In this document: piece by piece, positions 11,494 through 24,166 of the stretch
Numbering within the stretch: the first letter of the stretch is position 1
Layout: each line of letters begins with the position of its first letter
Origin: Pristiophorus japonicus
Lineage: Eukaryota
Length of the DNA: 64,000 nt
Reading direction: 5' to 3'
NCBI RefSeq assembly: GCF_044704955.1
Contig: NC_091997.1
Location: forward strand, 86,118,001 to 86,182,000
Translations under genes and position numbers: made by a program
Notes under the pieces: model-generated
What the model was told of the DNA's origin: nothing
Databases searched by the model: none
The model's input: the letters and a program-made list of their open reading frames with translations, nothing else

Positions 11494-12700
11494 CTCCCAC
11501 CCCCCTCCCCCTCTCTCTCTCTCTATCCCTCCCTCTCTCTCTCCCCTCCCTCTCTCCTCTCCCTCTCCCACTCCCCCCTCTTCCCCTCCCCCACTCCCCC
11601 CTCCCCCTCTCTCCCACCCCCTCCCCCACTCTCTCCCACCCCCCTCCCCCCTCCCCCTCTCTCTCTCTCTCTCCCTCCCTCTCTCTCTCCCTCCCTCTCT
11701 CCTCTCCCTCTCCCACTCCCCCCTCTTCCCCTCCCCCACTCCCCCCTCCCCCTCTCTCCCACCCCCTCCCCCACTCTCTCCCACCCCCCTCCCCCTCTCT
11801 CCCACCCCCCTCCCCCTCTCTCCCACCCCCTCCCCCTCTCTCCCACCCACCNNNNNNNNNNNNNNNNNNNNNNNNNNNNNNNNNNNNNNNNNNNNNNNNN
11901 NNNNNNNNNNNNNNNNNNNNNNNNNNNNNNNNNNNNNNNNNNNNNNNNNNNNNNNNNNNNNNNNNNNNNNNNNNNNNNNNNNNNNNNNNNNNNNNNNNNN
12001 NNNNNNNNNNNNNNNNNNNNNNNNNNNNNNNNNNNNNNNNNNNNNNNNNNNCACTTCCCCCCCCCCCCCCCACACACACTTACACTTCCCCCCCCACACA
12101 CACTTCCCCCCCCCACATACACTCCCCCCCCCCCACACACACTTCCCCCCCTCCACACACACACTTCCCCCCCCCACACACACTTCCCCCTCCCCACACA
12201 CACTCCCCTCCCCACACACACTCCCCCCACACACACTCCCCCCCCCCCCCCCCCCCCACACACACTCCCCCCCCCCACACACACTTCCCCCCCCCCCACA
12301 CACCCCCCCCCCACACACCCCCCCCCACACACACCCCCCCCCCACACACACTCCCCCCCCCACACACACTCCCCCCCCCCACACACACTCCCCCCCCCAC
12401 ACCCCCCCACACACACACTCCCCCCCCCCCCCACACACACTCCCCCCCCCCCCCCACACACACACTCCCCCCCCCACACCACATCTCCACTCCCCCCCCC
12501 CCCACACACACTCCCCCCCACTCACACACCCCCCACACCACACCCCCCCCCCCCACACACTTCCCCCCCCCACCACTTCCCCCCACACTCCCCCCCCCCC
12601 CCCCCCACACATACTCTTCCTCCCACTCCTCACTCCCCGCCCCACCCCCACACACTCCCCGCCCCACCCCCACACACTCCCATCCCCTCCCCCTCCCCCG
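11494..12700. repeat. C-rich low-complexity CT/CA repeats
   Basis: Almost only C/T then C/A; flanks the gaps. Confidence 0.9.
11852..12051. other. Assembly gap (200 N, probably unsized)
   Basis: Round-number N run between low-complexity ends. Confidence 0.97.
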
Positions 12701-12702
12701 CC

Positions 12703-14215
12703 TTGTTGGATATATTCAAGAGGGAGTTAGATATGGCCCTTACGACGAAAGGGATCAAGGGGTATGGAGAGAAAGCAGGAAAGGGGTACTGAGGTGATGA
12801 TCAGCCATGATCTTATTGAATGGTGGTGCAGGCTCGAAGGGTCGAATGGCCTACTCCTGCATCTATTTCCTATGTTTCTATTATGCAATAAAAATTTGAC
12901 ACCGAGCCACATATATAGAAATTAGCGCAGGTGACCAAAAGCTTGGTCAAAGAGGTAGGTTTTAAGGAGCATCTTCAAGGAGGATAGAGAGGCGGAGAGG
13001 TTTAGGCAGGGAGTTCCAGAGCTTGGGGCCACCAATGGTTGAGCGATTACAATCAGGGATGCTCAACAAGGCAAAATTAGAGGAGCGCAGACATCTCTGG
13101 GGTTGGGGGGCGTGGCTGGAGGAGATTACGGAGATAGGGAGGGTTATGTTGATAGATTTAGATAAGGAAAGACGGGAGGCAGCTCTAGTGGAGCCTATTT
13201 CTGTGTCGTATATCCTGTGTCATCCTATGTATGTGTTGTTTTTGCCGGGATGGATATTGAGGGAGATCCAAACCTCGGATCCATATAATGATGAACCTTT
13301 ACAAAGCACTGGTTCGGCCTCAACTGGAGAATTGTGTCCAATTCTGGGCACTGCACTTTATAAGAAGAATGTAAAGGCCTTGGAGAGGATGCAGAAAAGA
13401 TTTACAGGAATGGTTCCAGGGATGCGGAGTTCAGTTACATGGATAGACTGAAGAAACTGGGGTTATTCTCCTTGGAGCAGAAAAGGCTGAAAGGAGATTT
13501 GATCGAGGTGTTCAAAATCATGAGGGGTCTGGACAGAGTAGATAGAGAGAAACTGTTCCCATTGGTGGAAGGGTCGAGAACCAGAGGACATAGATTTACG
13601 GTGATTGGCAGAAGAACCAAAGGTGACATGAGGAAAATCTTTTATGCAGCGAGTTAGGATCTGGAATGCACTGCCTGAAATGATGGTGGAGGCAGATTCA
13701 ACCATGGCTTTCAAAAGGGAGTTAGATAAGAAGCTTGAGGGAAAAAAATTGCAGGGCTACAAAGAAAGAATGGGGGAGTGGGACTAGCTGAACTGCTCTT
13801 GCAGCAAGCCGGCACGGGCACGACGGGCCGAATGGCCTCCTATTGTGCTGTAATGATTCTAACCATTAGGTGTTTCCCCAATGTCACCAGATAGAAGTCA
13901 GCCAACCCTTTCAGGATTGTTTTGGAGTCTGTAGGAAAGAAGCAAGAAAGAAAGACTTGCAAGTAATTGCTGGAAGGATTAGAGGGGAGTTGGGAACTTT
14001 CTCACCCAGTGTCTGGAACTCACTGCCTGAAAGGATGGTAGAGGCAGAAACCCTCATCGCATTTAAAAAGTACTTGGATATGCACTTGAAGTGCCGCAAC
14101 CTACAGGTCTACGGACCAAGAGCTGGAAAGTGGGATTTGGCTGGGTAGCTCCTTTTTAGGCCGGCACAGACACGATGGGCCAAATGGCCTCCTGTGTTGT
14201 AAATCTCTGATTTCT
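12703..14215 (+). mobile_element. Cluster of CR1 3' fragments with a minus-strand L2 piece at approx. 12881-13145
   Basis: RLKKLGLFSLEQKRLKGDLIEVFKIM and three CR1 3' tails. Confidence 0.8.
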
Positions 14216-14495
14216 ATAGCACCTTTCACGACCTCCCAAAGCACTTTATAGCCAATGAAATACTTTTAAAGTGCAGTCACTGATGTGATGTAGGAAACAC
14301 GGCAGCCAATTTGCACACAGCAAGCTCCCACAAACAACAATGTGATAATGACCAAATAATCTATTTTAGTGATGTTGATCAAAGGACAAATATTGGCCAG
14401 GACTCAAGGGAGAACTACATTGCTCTTCGAAATGGTACCATGGATCTTTTATGTCCACCTGAGAGGGCAGACAGGGCCTCGATTTAATGTCCGAA

Positions 14496-15518
14496 AGAAC
14501 ATAAGAAATAGGAGCAGGAGTCGGCCATTTGGTCCCTTGAACCTGATCCGCCATTTAATAAGATCATGGCTGATCTGATCCTGGCCTCAACTCCACTTCC
14601 CTGCCCGCTCCCCATAACCCTTGACTCCCTTATCGTTCAGAAATCTGTCTATCTTCACTTTAAATATATTCAATGACGCAGCCTCCACAACTCTGCAGAA
14701 TTCCAAAGATTCCTGACTCTGAGAGAAGAAATTCCTCCTCATTTCCCTTTTAAATGGGAAACCCCTTATTCTGAAACTCTGCCCCCTAGTTCTAGATTCC
14801 TCCACGAAGGGAAACATCCTCTCTGCATCAATCCTGTCAAGTCCCCTCAGACTCTTACAAGTTTCAATAAGATGACCTCTCATTCTTCTAAACTCCATTG
14901 AGTATACGCCCAACCTTTCTTCATAAGACAACCCTTTCATCTCAGGAATCAACCTTGTGAACTTTCTCTGAACTGCCTTCAATGCAAGTATACCCTTCCT
15001 TAAATAAGGAGACCCAAACTGTATGCAGTACTCCAGGTGCAGTCTCACCAATGCCCTGCAGGACTTCCCTACTTTTATACTCCATCCACCTTGCAATAAA
15101 GGCCATCATGCCATTTGCCTTCTTGATTACTTGCTGTACCTGCATGCTAACTTTTTGTGTTTCATGTACAAGGACCCCCAGATCCCTCTGTACGGCAGCA
15201 TTTTGTAATCTCTCTCCATTTAAATAATAATTTGCTTTTATATTTTTCCTACCAAAGTGGATAACCTCACATTTTCCCACATTATATGCCATCTGTCAAA
15301 TTTTTGCCTACTCACTGAGCCTGTCTATATCCCTTTGCAGATTCTTTGCGTCCTCCTCACAATTTGCTTTCCCACCTATCTTTGTATCATCAGCAAATTT
15401 GGCTACATTACACTCGGTCCCTTCATCCAAGTCATTAATATAGACTGTAAATAGTTGAGGCCCCAGCACTGATCCCTGTGGCACCCCACTAGTTACAGTT
15501 TGCCAACCTGAAAATGAC
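14496..15518 (-). mobile_element. CR1 LINE fragment inserted in a DeuSINE (SINE parts approx. 14215-14495 and 15519-15625)
   Basis: [35 protein letters not shown] motifs. Confidence 0.88.
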
Positions 15519-16044
15519 CCTCCGAGAGTGCAGCATTCCCTCATTACTACACTGGAGTGTCAGACTAAATTTTGTGCTCAAGTCTCTGGAGAGGGATTTG
15601 AACCCACAACCTTCTGACACAAAGACGCTGGAATTAAAGCTTATACCTCTGGTCACTGCTGTGAGCAAACCCGGGAGAAAAATCATAGGGACATTAAAAT
15701 AAATGAGTGTTTTTGTTCATTTTCTTTGTCCACTTTAATTTATTAATATTGGAGATGGCATAGAAGATTGTTTGCCTGGGCGGGGTGGTTGGACGCAGTT
15801 GGTCATGCATCCAACCAGAGTTGGCAATCTTATCGGCACCACAAGGGCCCCTATTACAACAACGTAACCAAAGATGCTTGAAATAAAACTAATAAAAGAA
15901 TTGAAACCTCAAGTCCGATTTCAACAGAACCAAAAGGCAAACGTCAACTAAATCAGAATACAAAAGCAAATCAGAATGTTGGGTGTGTCTACTAGACACC
16001 CTGGGAGTTGAAATTTGTCTTAGATAGCTGCACACACGCCTCTA

Positions 16045-16545
16045 TGTCAGAAGGTTGTGGGTTCAAGTCCCACTCCAGGGACTTGAGCACGGAAAATCGA
16101 GGCTGACACTCCAGTGCAGTGCTGAGGGAGTGCTGCACTGTTGGAGGTGCCGTCTTTTGGATGAGACGTTAAACCGAGGCCCCGTCTGCGCTCTCAGGTG
16201 GATGTAAAAGATCCCTATATAAATCCAAGTCTTTCTTAAATGGGCATTATCGCCTCAGTCGCCTGTAATTTGCCCCGCTTGTTATGCTGTTCTGTTGCAG
16301 TCAATGGAACTGGATATCGGCACTATTTCGAAAAAGAGCAGGGGAGTTAATATTTATCCCTCAATCAACATAACAAAAAAAACATTATCTGGTCATTATC
16401 ACATTGCAGTTAGTGGGAGCTTGCTGTGCGCAAATTGGCTGCTGACAACAGTGACTATACTTCAAAAAGTACTTAATTGGCTTTGTAAAGCGCTTTGAGA
16501 CGTCCGGTGGTCCTGAAAGGCACTATATAAATCCAAGTCTTTCTT
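16045..16545 (+). mobile_element. DeuSINE-like SINE containing a 106-bp templated insertion
   Basis: Matches the 61900-62372 copy except for the insert at 16215-16320. Confidence 0.85.
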
Positions 16546-16829
16546 AAATGGGCATTATCGCCTCAGTCGCCTGTAATTTGCCCCGCTTGTTACGCTGTTC
16601 TGTTGCAGTCAATGGAACTGGATATCGGACGGGGAGTACAACAGGTGTCTGATGTGAACCGCCCACTTTGTGCTGCTGCCTCTGACGAATTTCCGCCCCT
16701 CTAATCTCTGCCGTGCCCACCAGTGGTGCAAGGTCTCAAGCATACTGTTGGAGACGGTATAATTCCTCTCCAGACAAGGCTGAGGATGTGGGAGGAGGTT
16801 GGTTCGAGGATTTGCAGCTTGTTGTGTGG

Positions 16830-17007
16830 GGGTGGGGAGAGGGGCGGGCACGGTGACACGGGTCAATACAGAAAAGCCAATGGCCAGTTACATAACGTGG
16901 AGGTTAGAAAGGTGACCGGGAAAGAGGGTGGTGAGAGTACAACGATTAGATGCTGAACTTGTGTCATGTCTAGGAGTGCGAGAGCAGTGTTGGCAAAGCC
17001 TCCTCAG
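16830..17007 (+). promoter_or_regulatory. Candidate SLC25A44 promoter and non-coding first exon
   Basis: Non-repetitive segment with GC box GGGGCGGG (16841), CCAAT (16877-16881), D-box GTTACATAAC (16887-16896), then strong donor CAG|gtaagg at 17007/17008. Motif-based only. Confidence 0.4.
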
Positions 17008-17621
17008 GTAAGGAAGTCTGGCCAAGCCTTTGAATTTTATAAAGAGTGACAAGTTACTGAGGGGGAAAGAAGTGCTCAGCAGGAGGGTAAACAGCCTCTT
17101 AAAGGCAGCTTTAGCCGTGTGGTAAATTCACGCTGAGGTGCATTTAAAAAGGTAATCGTATTCAAATTAATTAACGGCTTTTGACAGTGCCTAAATTTGG
17201 AATGTCAGTGTTTTTTTAGTATTGTAGACTGTTACCATCCATATAACTGGCATGTCTGCAACTTTCTACAATATATAAACCCAGCACCAAAGGTTTGTTT
17301 GTTAAAAAAAGATTCACCTATTTCTAAGGTTTTCAGTTAATTTACCCCATCAACGGTGCAAACCTCAAGCTGTGTTCTCCCTCTTTGCTGTGCCTCCTAT
17401 TTAAATCATTCTAGAAATAGATGACTTGAAAATCCAATAGATTTTTGAGTTGTAACAGGATTATAGGTTTTCGTAGAATCATACAGCACAGTAGGAGGCC
17501 ATTTGGTCCATTGTGCCTGTGGCGGCTCTTTGAAAGAGCTAGTTAATTAATCCCACTCTCCTGCTCTTACCCCATATAGCCCTGCAAATCTTTCCTTCAA
17601 CTCAAGTGGAATCTTCTCTTC

Positions 17622-18910
17622 TTAGGCAGTCTCCCGGAGTTGAGAATGACTTACTTCCACACTAAAATGAGTTCTAAGGTGACTGATGAGACCAATGCAG
17701 GATCTACAGTCCCTGTCACAGGTGGGGCAGACGCTGGTTGAAGGGAAGGGATGGGTGGGTGGGGTGTTTGATTTTACACTCCTCCCGCTATTTGTCATCA
17801 TCATCATAGGCAGTCCCTCGGAATCGAGGAAGACTTGCTTCCATTCCTGAAGTGAGTTCTTTGGTGGCTGAACAGTCCAATATGAGTGCCACAGACTCTG
17901 TCACAGGTGGGACAGATAGTCGTTGAGGGAAGGGGTGGGTGGGACTGGTTTGCCGCACGCTCTTTCCGCTGCCTGCGCTTGACCTCTGCACGCTCTCAAC
18001 GCCCTCCCAGATGCACTTTCTCCACTTAGGGCGGTCTTCGGCCAGGGACTCCCAGGTGTCAGTGGTGATGTCGCACTTTATCAGGGAGGCTTTGAGGGTG
18101 TCCTTGTAACGTTTCCGCTGCCCACCTTTGGCTCGATTGCCGTGAAGGAGCTCCGCATAGAGCACTTGCTTTGAGTTTGCATGCCAGACATGAGATTCCC
18201 TAAACAATTGCTCTATGTGGAGCTCCTTCACAGCAAGCGAGCCAAAGGTGGGCAGCGGAAACGTTACAAGGACACCCTCAAAGCCTCCCTGATAAAGTGC
18301 GGCATCCTCACTGACACCTGGGAGTCCTTGGCTAAAGACCGCCCTAAGTGGAGGAAGTGCATCCGGGAGGGCGTTGAGCACCTCGTGTCTCATCACCGAG
18401 AACGTGAAGAGGTCAAGCGCAGGCAGCGGAAGGAGTGTGCGTCAAACCAGTCCCACCCATCCCTTCCCTCGGCAAATATCTGTCCCACCTGTGACAGAGT
18501 CTGTGGCTCTCGTATTGGATTGTTCAGCCACCAAAGAACTCACTTCAGGACTGGAAGCAAGTCTTCCTCGATTCCAAGGGACTGCCGATGATCCAACCCC
18601 CGCTATTTGCACTTCGCTTCCGCGTGCTCGCGGTGAAGCGTTCGGCGCCGCCTTGGATGCTCCGCCTCCACTTTGAGCGCTCTTGGGCCAGGAATTCCCA
18701 AGAGTTGTTGGGGATGTTAAATTTTTTGAAGGATGCTTTGAGGGCATCCTTGAAGCGTTTTCTCTGCCCTCCTGGGGCTCACCTGCCGTGAAGTAGCTCG
18801 GAGAAGAGTGCTTGTTACAGGAGTCTCGTGTCGGGCTTGCGGACAATATGGCCTGTCCATTGGAGCTGATCAAGTGTGGTCAATGCCTCGATGCTGGGGA
18901 ATGAGAGGTG
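17622..18910. mobile_element. Cluster of RTE-clade LINE 3' fragments in both orientations
   Basis: PKQLLYVEL..GGQRKRYKDTLK, C-terminal CPTCDR..GLFSHQRTH zinc finger, (ATG)n tails. Confidence 0.88.
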
Positions 18911-19880
18911 GGCGAACCTCACACTTGAATTGTGAAGGTGGATGACAGATTTTGCCCTTTCAAACTTGGGTTGTATCTGGAGATAAAGGCTGTCCAGCAC
19001 ATTGCAGTTGTGGAACTCACTCCTGCAATACCACATTTACCAGCAGAGAAGTTGTTGTGTGTGTGTCATATTTTAACATTTAACTTTACCACAGTTAAGG
19101 AAGTTGATAGCTATTTGTGTTATGCTTGACTTTGCCTCTTTTAATTTTACTTGGCCTTACAAAAAGTTCATGAATGAATTCCCAGTCTTGTCAATTAATA
19201 CAAAACTTTTGACTGTGGTAAATCAATTGATTGGAGCTTGTGTTTGCCTTTTGGAAGAAGCTGCGTTTGAGGGATTTTCGCACCAATAAGTGACATTGCC
19301 TTGTTGGAAAATGTGATTCATTTTTTTTAAAATATGCCTCAGAAAAATGCCCCATGTTTAAAATATTTTCACTGTAGTACACCTCTAATTGATCAACCTG
19401 CCATTTTGCTATTCTGTTCCCACAGCCGCAAGCAGCGTGGGATTGAACTGCAGTCTCCAGTGAGTTTAGTCCTGTGCCTGCACATTGTAATACAGCAGCC
19501 AGCTTGTGAAAAGTGGCTAAATAATGAGATTGTAGTGTTCCGCCTCTTTACAGAAAAGATTTGATGGGTGATGTACAGCAACAAAACTTTGCATTTGTAT
19601 AGCAGATCAAGAAATATGGAAAGAACAATATTCAGCTTGTTGCACTACCAAAACACGAGCTGAGTAAGAAATTACAGCTCAGCGGTTAGGTCAGATGCTC
19701 ATTTTCAAATAATATCCATCAAGCGGAGAGGTGGCACCTAATTAATCTCACCCTGAGCTTCCCCTGGACCACAATTGACAGTTGTCTCATTGGAGTAATA
19801 AGGACCGATCTTTTGTTCCTCTCTTTATGATGCATCAGCCTCACCAAATATTAATAAAGATGGCAGTTTCAGTATCACAG

Positions 19881-20961
19881 TGTCAGCTGTGGTTCACTTG
19901 CCTCTGAGTCAGAAGGTTGTGGGTTCAAGTCCCACTCCACGGACTTGTGCACAAAAATTCCAGGCATTCACTCCAGTGCTGAGCAAGTGCTGAGATGAGA
20001 TGTTGAACCGAGGCCCCGTCTGCTCTCAAGTGGATGTAAAAGATCCCACGGCACTATTTCGAAGAAGAGCAGTGGTGTCCTGGCCAATATTTATCCTTCA
20101 ATCAACATCACAAAAAAGCAGATTATCTGGTCGTTATCACATTGCTGTTTGTGGGAGCTTGCTGTGCGCAAGTTGGCTGCTGCGTTTCCCACATTACAAC
20201 AGTGGCTGCACTCCAAAAGTACTTCATTGGCTGTAAAGCGCTTTGAGACATCTGGTGGTCGATCACACTCGGCGCACCTTTCAAGCTCCAGTGGCAGGAC
20301 TCCGGAGAAAGAAAATCGAATGCAAAGGCGACTTCCCAGCTTCGGAGGCAGAACCCGGGGAGAAGAGGATCACCGCAGTCGACATCGTGGATGGAGGAAA
20401 GATGGCACCCGAGTCACGAGGTGATGCGCTGAAGAAAAAGATGGCGGCAGCCAGACCACGAGGTGCAGATCAGCTTCACTGGGCAGGCCACATAGTTTGC
20501 ATGCCAGACACGAGACTTCCTCAGCAATTATTCTATGCGGAACTCCTTCACGGCAAACGAGCCAAAGGTGGGCAGCAGAAACGTTACAAGGACACCCTCA
20601 AAGCCTCACTGGTGAAGTATGACATCATCACTGACACCTGGGAGTCCCTGGCCGAAGACCGCCCTAGGTGGAGAAAGTGCATCCGGGCGGGTGTTGAGCT
20701 CTTTGAATCTCAACATCGCGAGCGTGAAGAGGTCAGGCGCAGGCAGCGGAAGGAGCGTGTGGTAAATCAGTTCCCTCCCCCTTTCCCCCGACAAATGTCT
20801 GTCTCACCTGTGATAGGGCATTTGGCTCTCGTATTGGAGTGTTCAGGCACTAAACAACTCACTTGAGGAGTGGAAGCAAGTCTTCCTTGATTCCGAGGGA
20901 CTGCTTATGATGATATGATGATGACGGTCGTGAAAGGTGCTATATAAATCCAAGTCTTTCT
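19881..20961 (+). mobile_element. DeuSINE interrupted by a chimeric RTE insertion (20262-20925)
   Basis: TSD GGTCG at 20257-20261 and 20926-20930; RTE homology from approx. 20468 to the (ATG)n tail. Confidence 0.85.
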
Positions 20962-22342
20962 ATAGGTCTGTAGATACCATATGAAGAGCGATTTGTTACC
21001 ACCAGCTTCACATGCCATTGATTTGCACACTCGCAAGCAAGTGATCAAACTCTCACATGGAAGACATGGGTCTAAAGATCTTTGCTCTATCACACACCAA
21101 TCACACCTTTTCATTAAGAAGGGGACTGTGACTTCAAATTGGTGATGGCTCCAGCAGTTATTAGCTGTGCTGTTACTTAAACTAATTCATGCAGTTTAAT
21201 GGTATTTTTTTGATGGTTAATTCCCAGCATCCTCTGCAATTTGACTTAACACCTCTTTAAATACACCTGGTAGAGGCCAGAAACAAATTACCCTTGAGCA
21301 TCGTTGTAGATCACGGGACTACAAAAGATGGAACTATTTGATAGAAAAGAGCATCAGTTGATCTATCTGAGTGATACAGAAAGACAAGTGCTCTATTGAG
21401 CAGCCTTGAATTTATTTTTGATATTGGTAAGTGCATTAAAGGCCAATAATAATTTGCCCCTAAAGTCTGGAATACCCTTGCTAAACCTCTCTGCCTCTCT
21501 ACCTCATTCTCCTACTTTAAGATGCTCCTTAAAACTACCTCTTTGACCAAGCTCATGGTCATCTTTCCTGATGCCTCCTTCTGTGGCCCAGTATCAAAAA
21601 TTTTTACTGATATCACTTGTTAAGCGCCTTGGGACATTTTGCTGTGTTAAATGCACTCTGTAAATGTAAGTTGTTATTAAGGGCAAAGGAAAACAGTGGG
21701 GTGGGGTGGCCAAATCAGAATGAAGTACAATACAGCCTCTGTTTTAGGTAATGTAGGAGGAGATTCTTCACAAGTTTTGTTTCTTCTTTGTGAAAACACA
21801 CCATTAATGACCTACCCTCTCAGCTGGAACCCATTCAATCATGTTCCAACCACGGCAATGCACGACTGCATTTAAAAAACCTGAAGATTATTATCCTTTC
21901 CTGTCCTGACCTTGATCTGGACCAAGTGGCGTCTGCGCCAGTAAAATTAGTAGCTACCGACTATTGCTGTAGGGTTCAGCGGCGGGGAAAGGAGGAATGT
22001 TAGGAACAATGCTCGGGCGTGCTTGCTTTTGTATGAATACAAATGTTATTGGGATTCTCCAGATGGCGAGGAAGCAATTTATATTGGCCCAAGGTTGAAT
22101 CTGTCCGATTTGGAGGGCCTGATGGATGTGTCCGTTAGCTGGTGGAAGGACAGGACTGTTGCCTAGTAGTGGAGCTGATGTTTCATTCACTAGTCAGGTG
22201 TAAAACCCTTGTAGTAAGAACCCTTGTAGTAAGCACAGTTTATGTTCACATGCCCAGAGTTCTGCTTTTCTCTGATTTGAGAATGGTTGGAAGTGAGCTG
22301 CCAGGCGGAAATGAGCCTTAAGGACAGGGAAGTTTTTTTAAT

Positions 22343-22950
22343 GGGGGGGAAAATTCCGGTTGGAGGCTTCCTTCGGATGAACGGCTCCGATCCGAAAACA
22401 TTTTGCGAAAGTACCTGGTGGTCATGGAGGCGCCTTCAATTGCGGTCGGAGGCCTTCATTCGATGTGCAGCGTACGGGGAGATGACCTCCCTGTATGTAG
22501 GGAAATGCTGGAGTCATGTGGGCCTGGACCACCAATCACGGTGCAGTATTCTCATTGATAGTAATGGGAACTTCTCGGCATTCCCATTACTATCAATGAG
22601 AATAACCCCCAAAAACAAGAAACACAGCATAATAAATAAAAAAAACCTCATATATTTAAAATGAATTGAAATTAAAGTTAATTTTTAGGAAAAAAAATTT
22701 TTTTGGAATTTTTATAATATGTTTTAATAGGGTTTAAAATAAACTTGCCTTAATAGACAAGGTTTTTAACATAAAAATGTATGATTAAATTTAATTTTTA
22801 TATGTTTTAAAACTCTTACACTGGCAAAAAGTAAGCTATAAGCCTACTTCCGCACGAATGTCCTTCTGGGGATGCAGAGGATCTGTTAAGAGAAATCTAG
22901 GCAGATTGGAAAAGCAATTGTACGGACCCAGCGAGGCCGGAATTTTTGAC
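22343..22950. mobile_element. Non-autonomous DNA transposon/MITE-like element
   Basis: Inverted termini AAAATTCCGG (22350-22359) and CCGGAATTTT (22937-22946), AT-rich core, no ORF. Confidence 0.5.
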
Positions 22951-23074
22951 ACCATATATTATTATATATATAGATTTTATTTCAAGAGGAAAATCAAACA
23001 TTTAACAAACATCAGTCAAGGTGAGCATGTTTATTTGAAAATCCTTTTAAGGAATACATCATACACCAAAAAAA

Positions 23075-23537
23075 AAGACTTTCATTTATATAGCGTGTTT
23101 CACAACAACCGGACGTCCCAAAGCGTTTTATAGCCAATGAAGTACTTTTGCAGTGTAGTCACTGTTGTAATGTAGGAAACGCAGCAACCAATTTGCGCAC
23201 AGCAAGGTCCCAGAAACAGCAATGTGATAATGACCAGCTAATCTGTTTTTTAGTGATGTTGATTGAGAGATAAATATCGGCCAGGACACTGGGAGAATTC
23301 TCCTGCTCTTCTTCGAAATGGTGCCATGGGATCTTTCACGTCCATCTAAGAAAGCAGACGTGGCCTCGGATTAACGTCTCATCCGAAAGACAGCACCTCA
23401 GACAGTGCAGAACTCCCTCAGCACCGCACTGGAGTGTCAGCCTAGATTTTTGTGCTCAAGTCTCTGGAGTGGGACTTGAACCCACAACCTTCTGACTCAG
23501 AGGCAATGGTGCTACCCACTGAGCCACGGCTGACATC
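23075..23537 (-). mobile_element. Full-length DeuSINE-like SINE
   Basis: Reverse complement of 61900-62372 from tRNA head to L2-like tail. Confidence 0.88.
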
Positions 23538-23699
23538 CACTGGTTTACATATGGGTAAACATTTAATGAAATTTACAGGAGGGTACGCTAATGGCATAGT
23601 TGTACATATTACTTGCTTCAGGGTCAGAGTTGATAGTTGGACATGGGTGCAGAGGGCTTTTCTGAGGGCATGCGTGGGTTGGGTCACAGCGTTGTGCAC

Positions 23700-24120
23700 C
23701 AGCGAGAGGTTGGTGGTTTTTCTTCCATTATCTGTCTGACAGCAGCTGTGCAGGAATGTGTTGTGGGGCTGGTTAGACAGAGCTTGTGTGAGTCTCCTGA
23801 ATGAAGTTCCAGATTGCTTGGTACTTTCTGTTTTAGGCTAAGCCCTTTGTGCATTAGTACAGACGGTAATTGTCTTGATTCTGGCTCCCAAGGGCTTTTT
23901 AAAACTTTGTGTGAAGTCTCTCAATGTGCAGGTGAGTGTAGGGTACAAGAAGGAATATGTTTGTAGCTAAGGATTTGTAGCTCTGGGGTGGGAATCAGTC
24001 CTCACAGGAGTTTATGAAGGGTTGCTGGCTCTTCGAAAAAGTGTGTGATTTGGAGGTACCTGAACAGATCCTGCTGAGTGAGGTTACATTTGTCTGGTAG
24101 CTGCAGGACCATGTGTCCTG
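23700..24120 (-). mobile_element. Degenerate L1-type ORF2 fragment
   Basis: LPDKCNLTQQDLFRYLQITHF resembles the fish-L1 C-terminal motif KYxLPxxxFFRYLQIRHF. Confidence 0.55.
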
Positions 24121-24166
24121 TGGCGAAACTGGCCCAACCTGGTCGTCGTCTTCTTCGTATGGCAGT

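Noticed and set aside
10575-12730. Very long Pro/Gly-rich ORFs (up to 715 aa)
   Set aside because: Translations of low-complexity repeats across N gaps.
23837-23931. Possible plus-strand 5' UTR cassette exon (ttttag...CAG|gtgagt)
   Set aside because: Lies in an antisense L1-like remnant where such sites arise by chance; no independent support.
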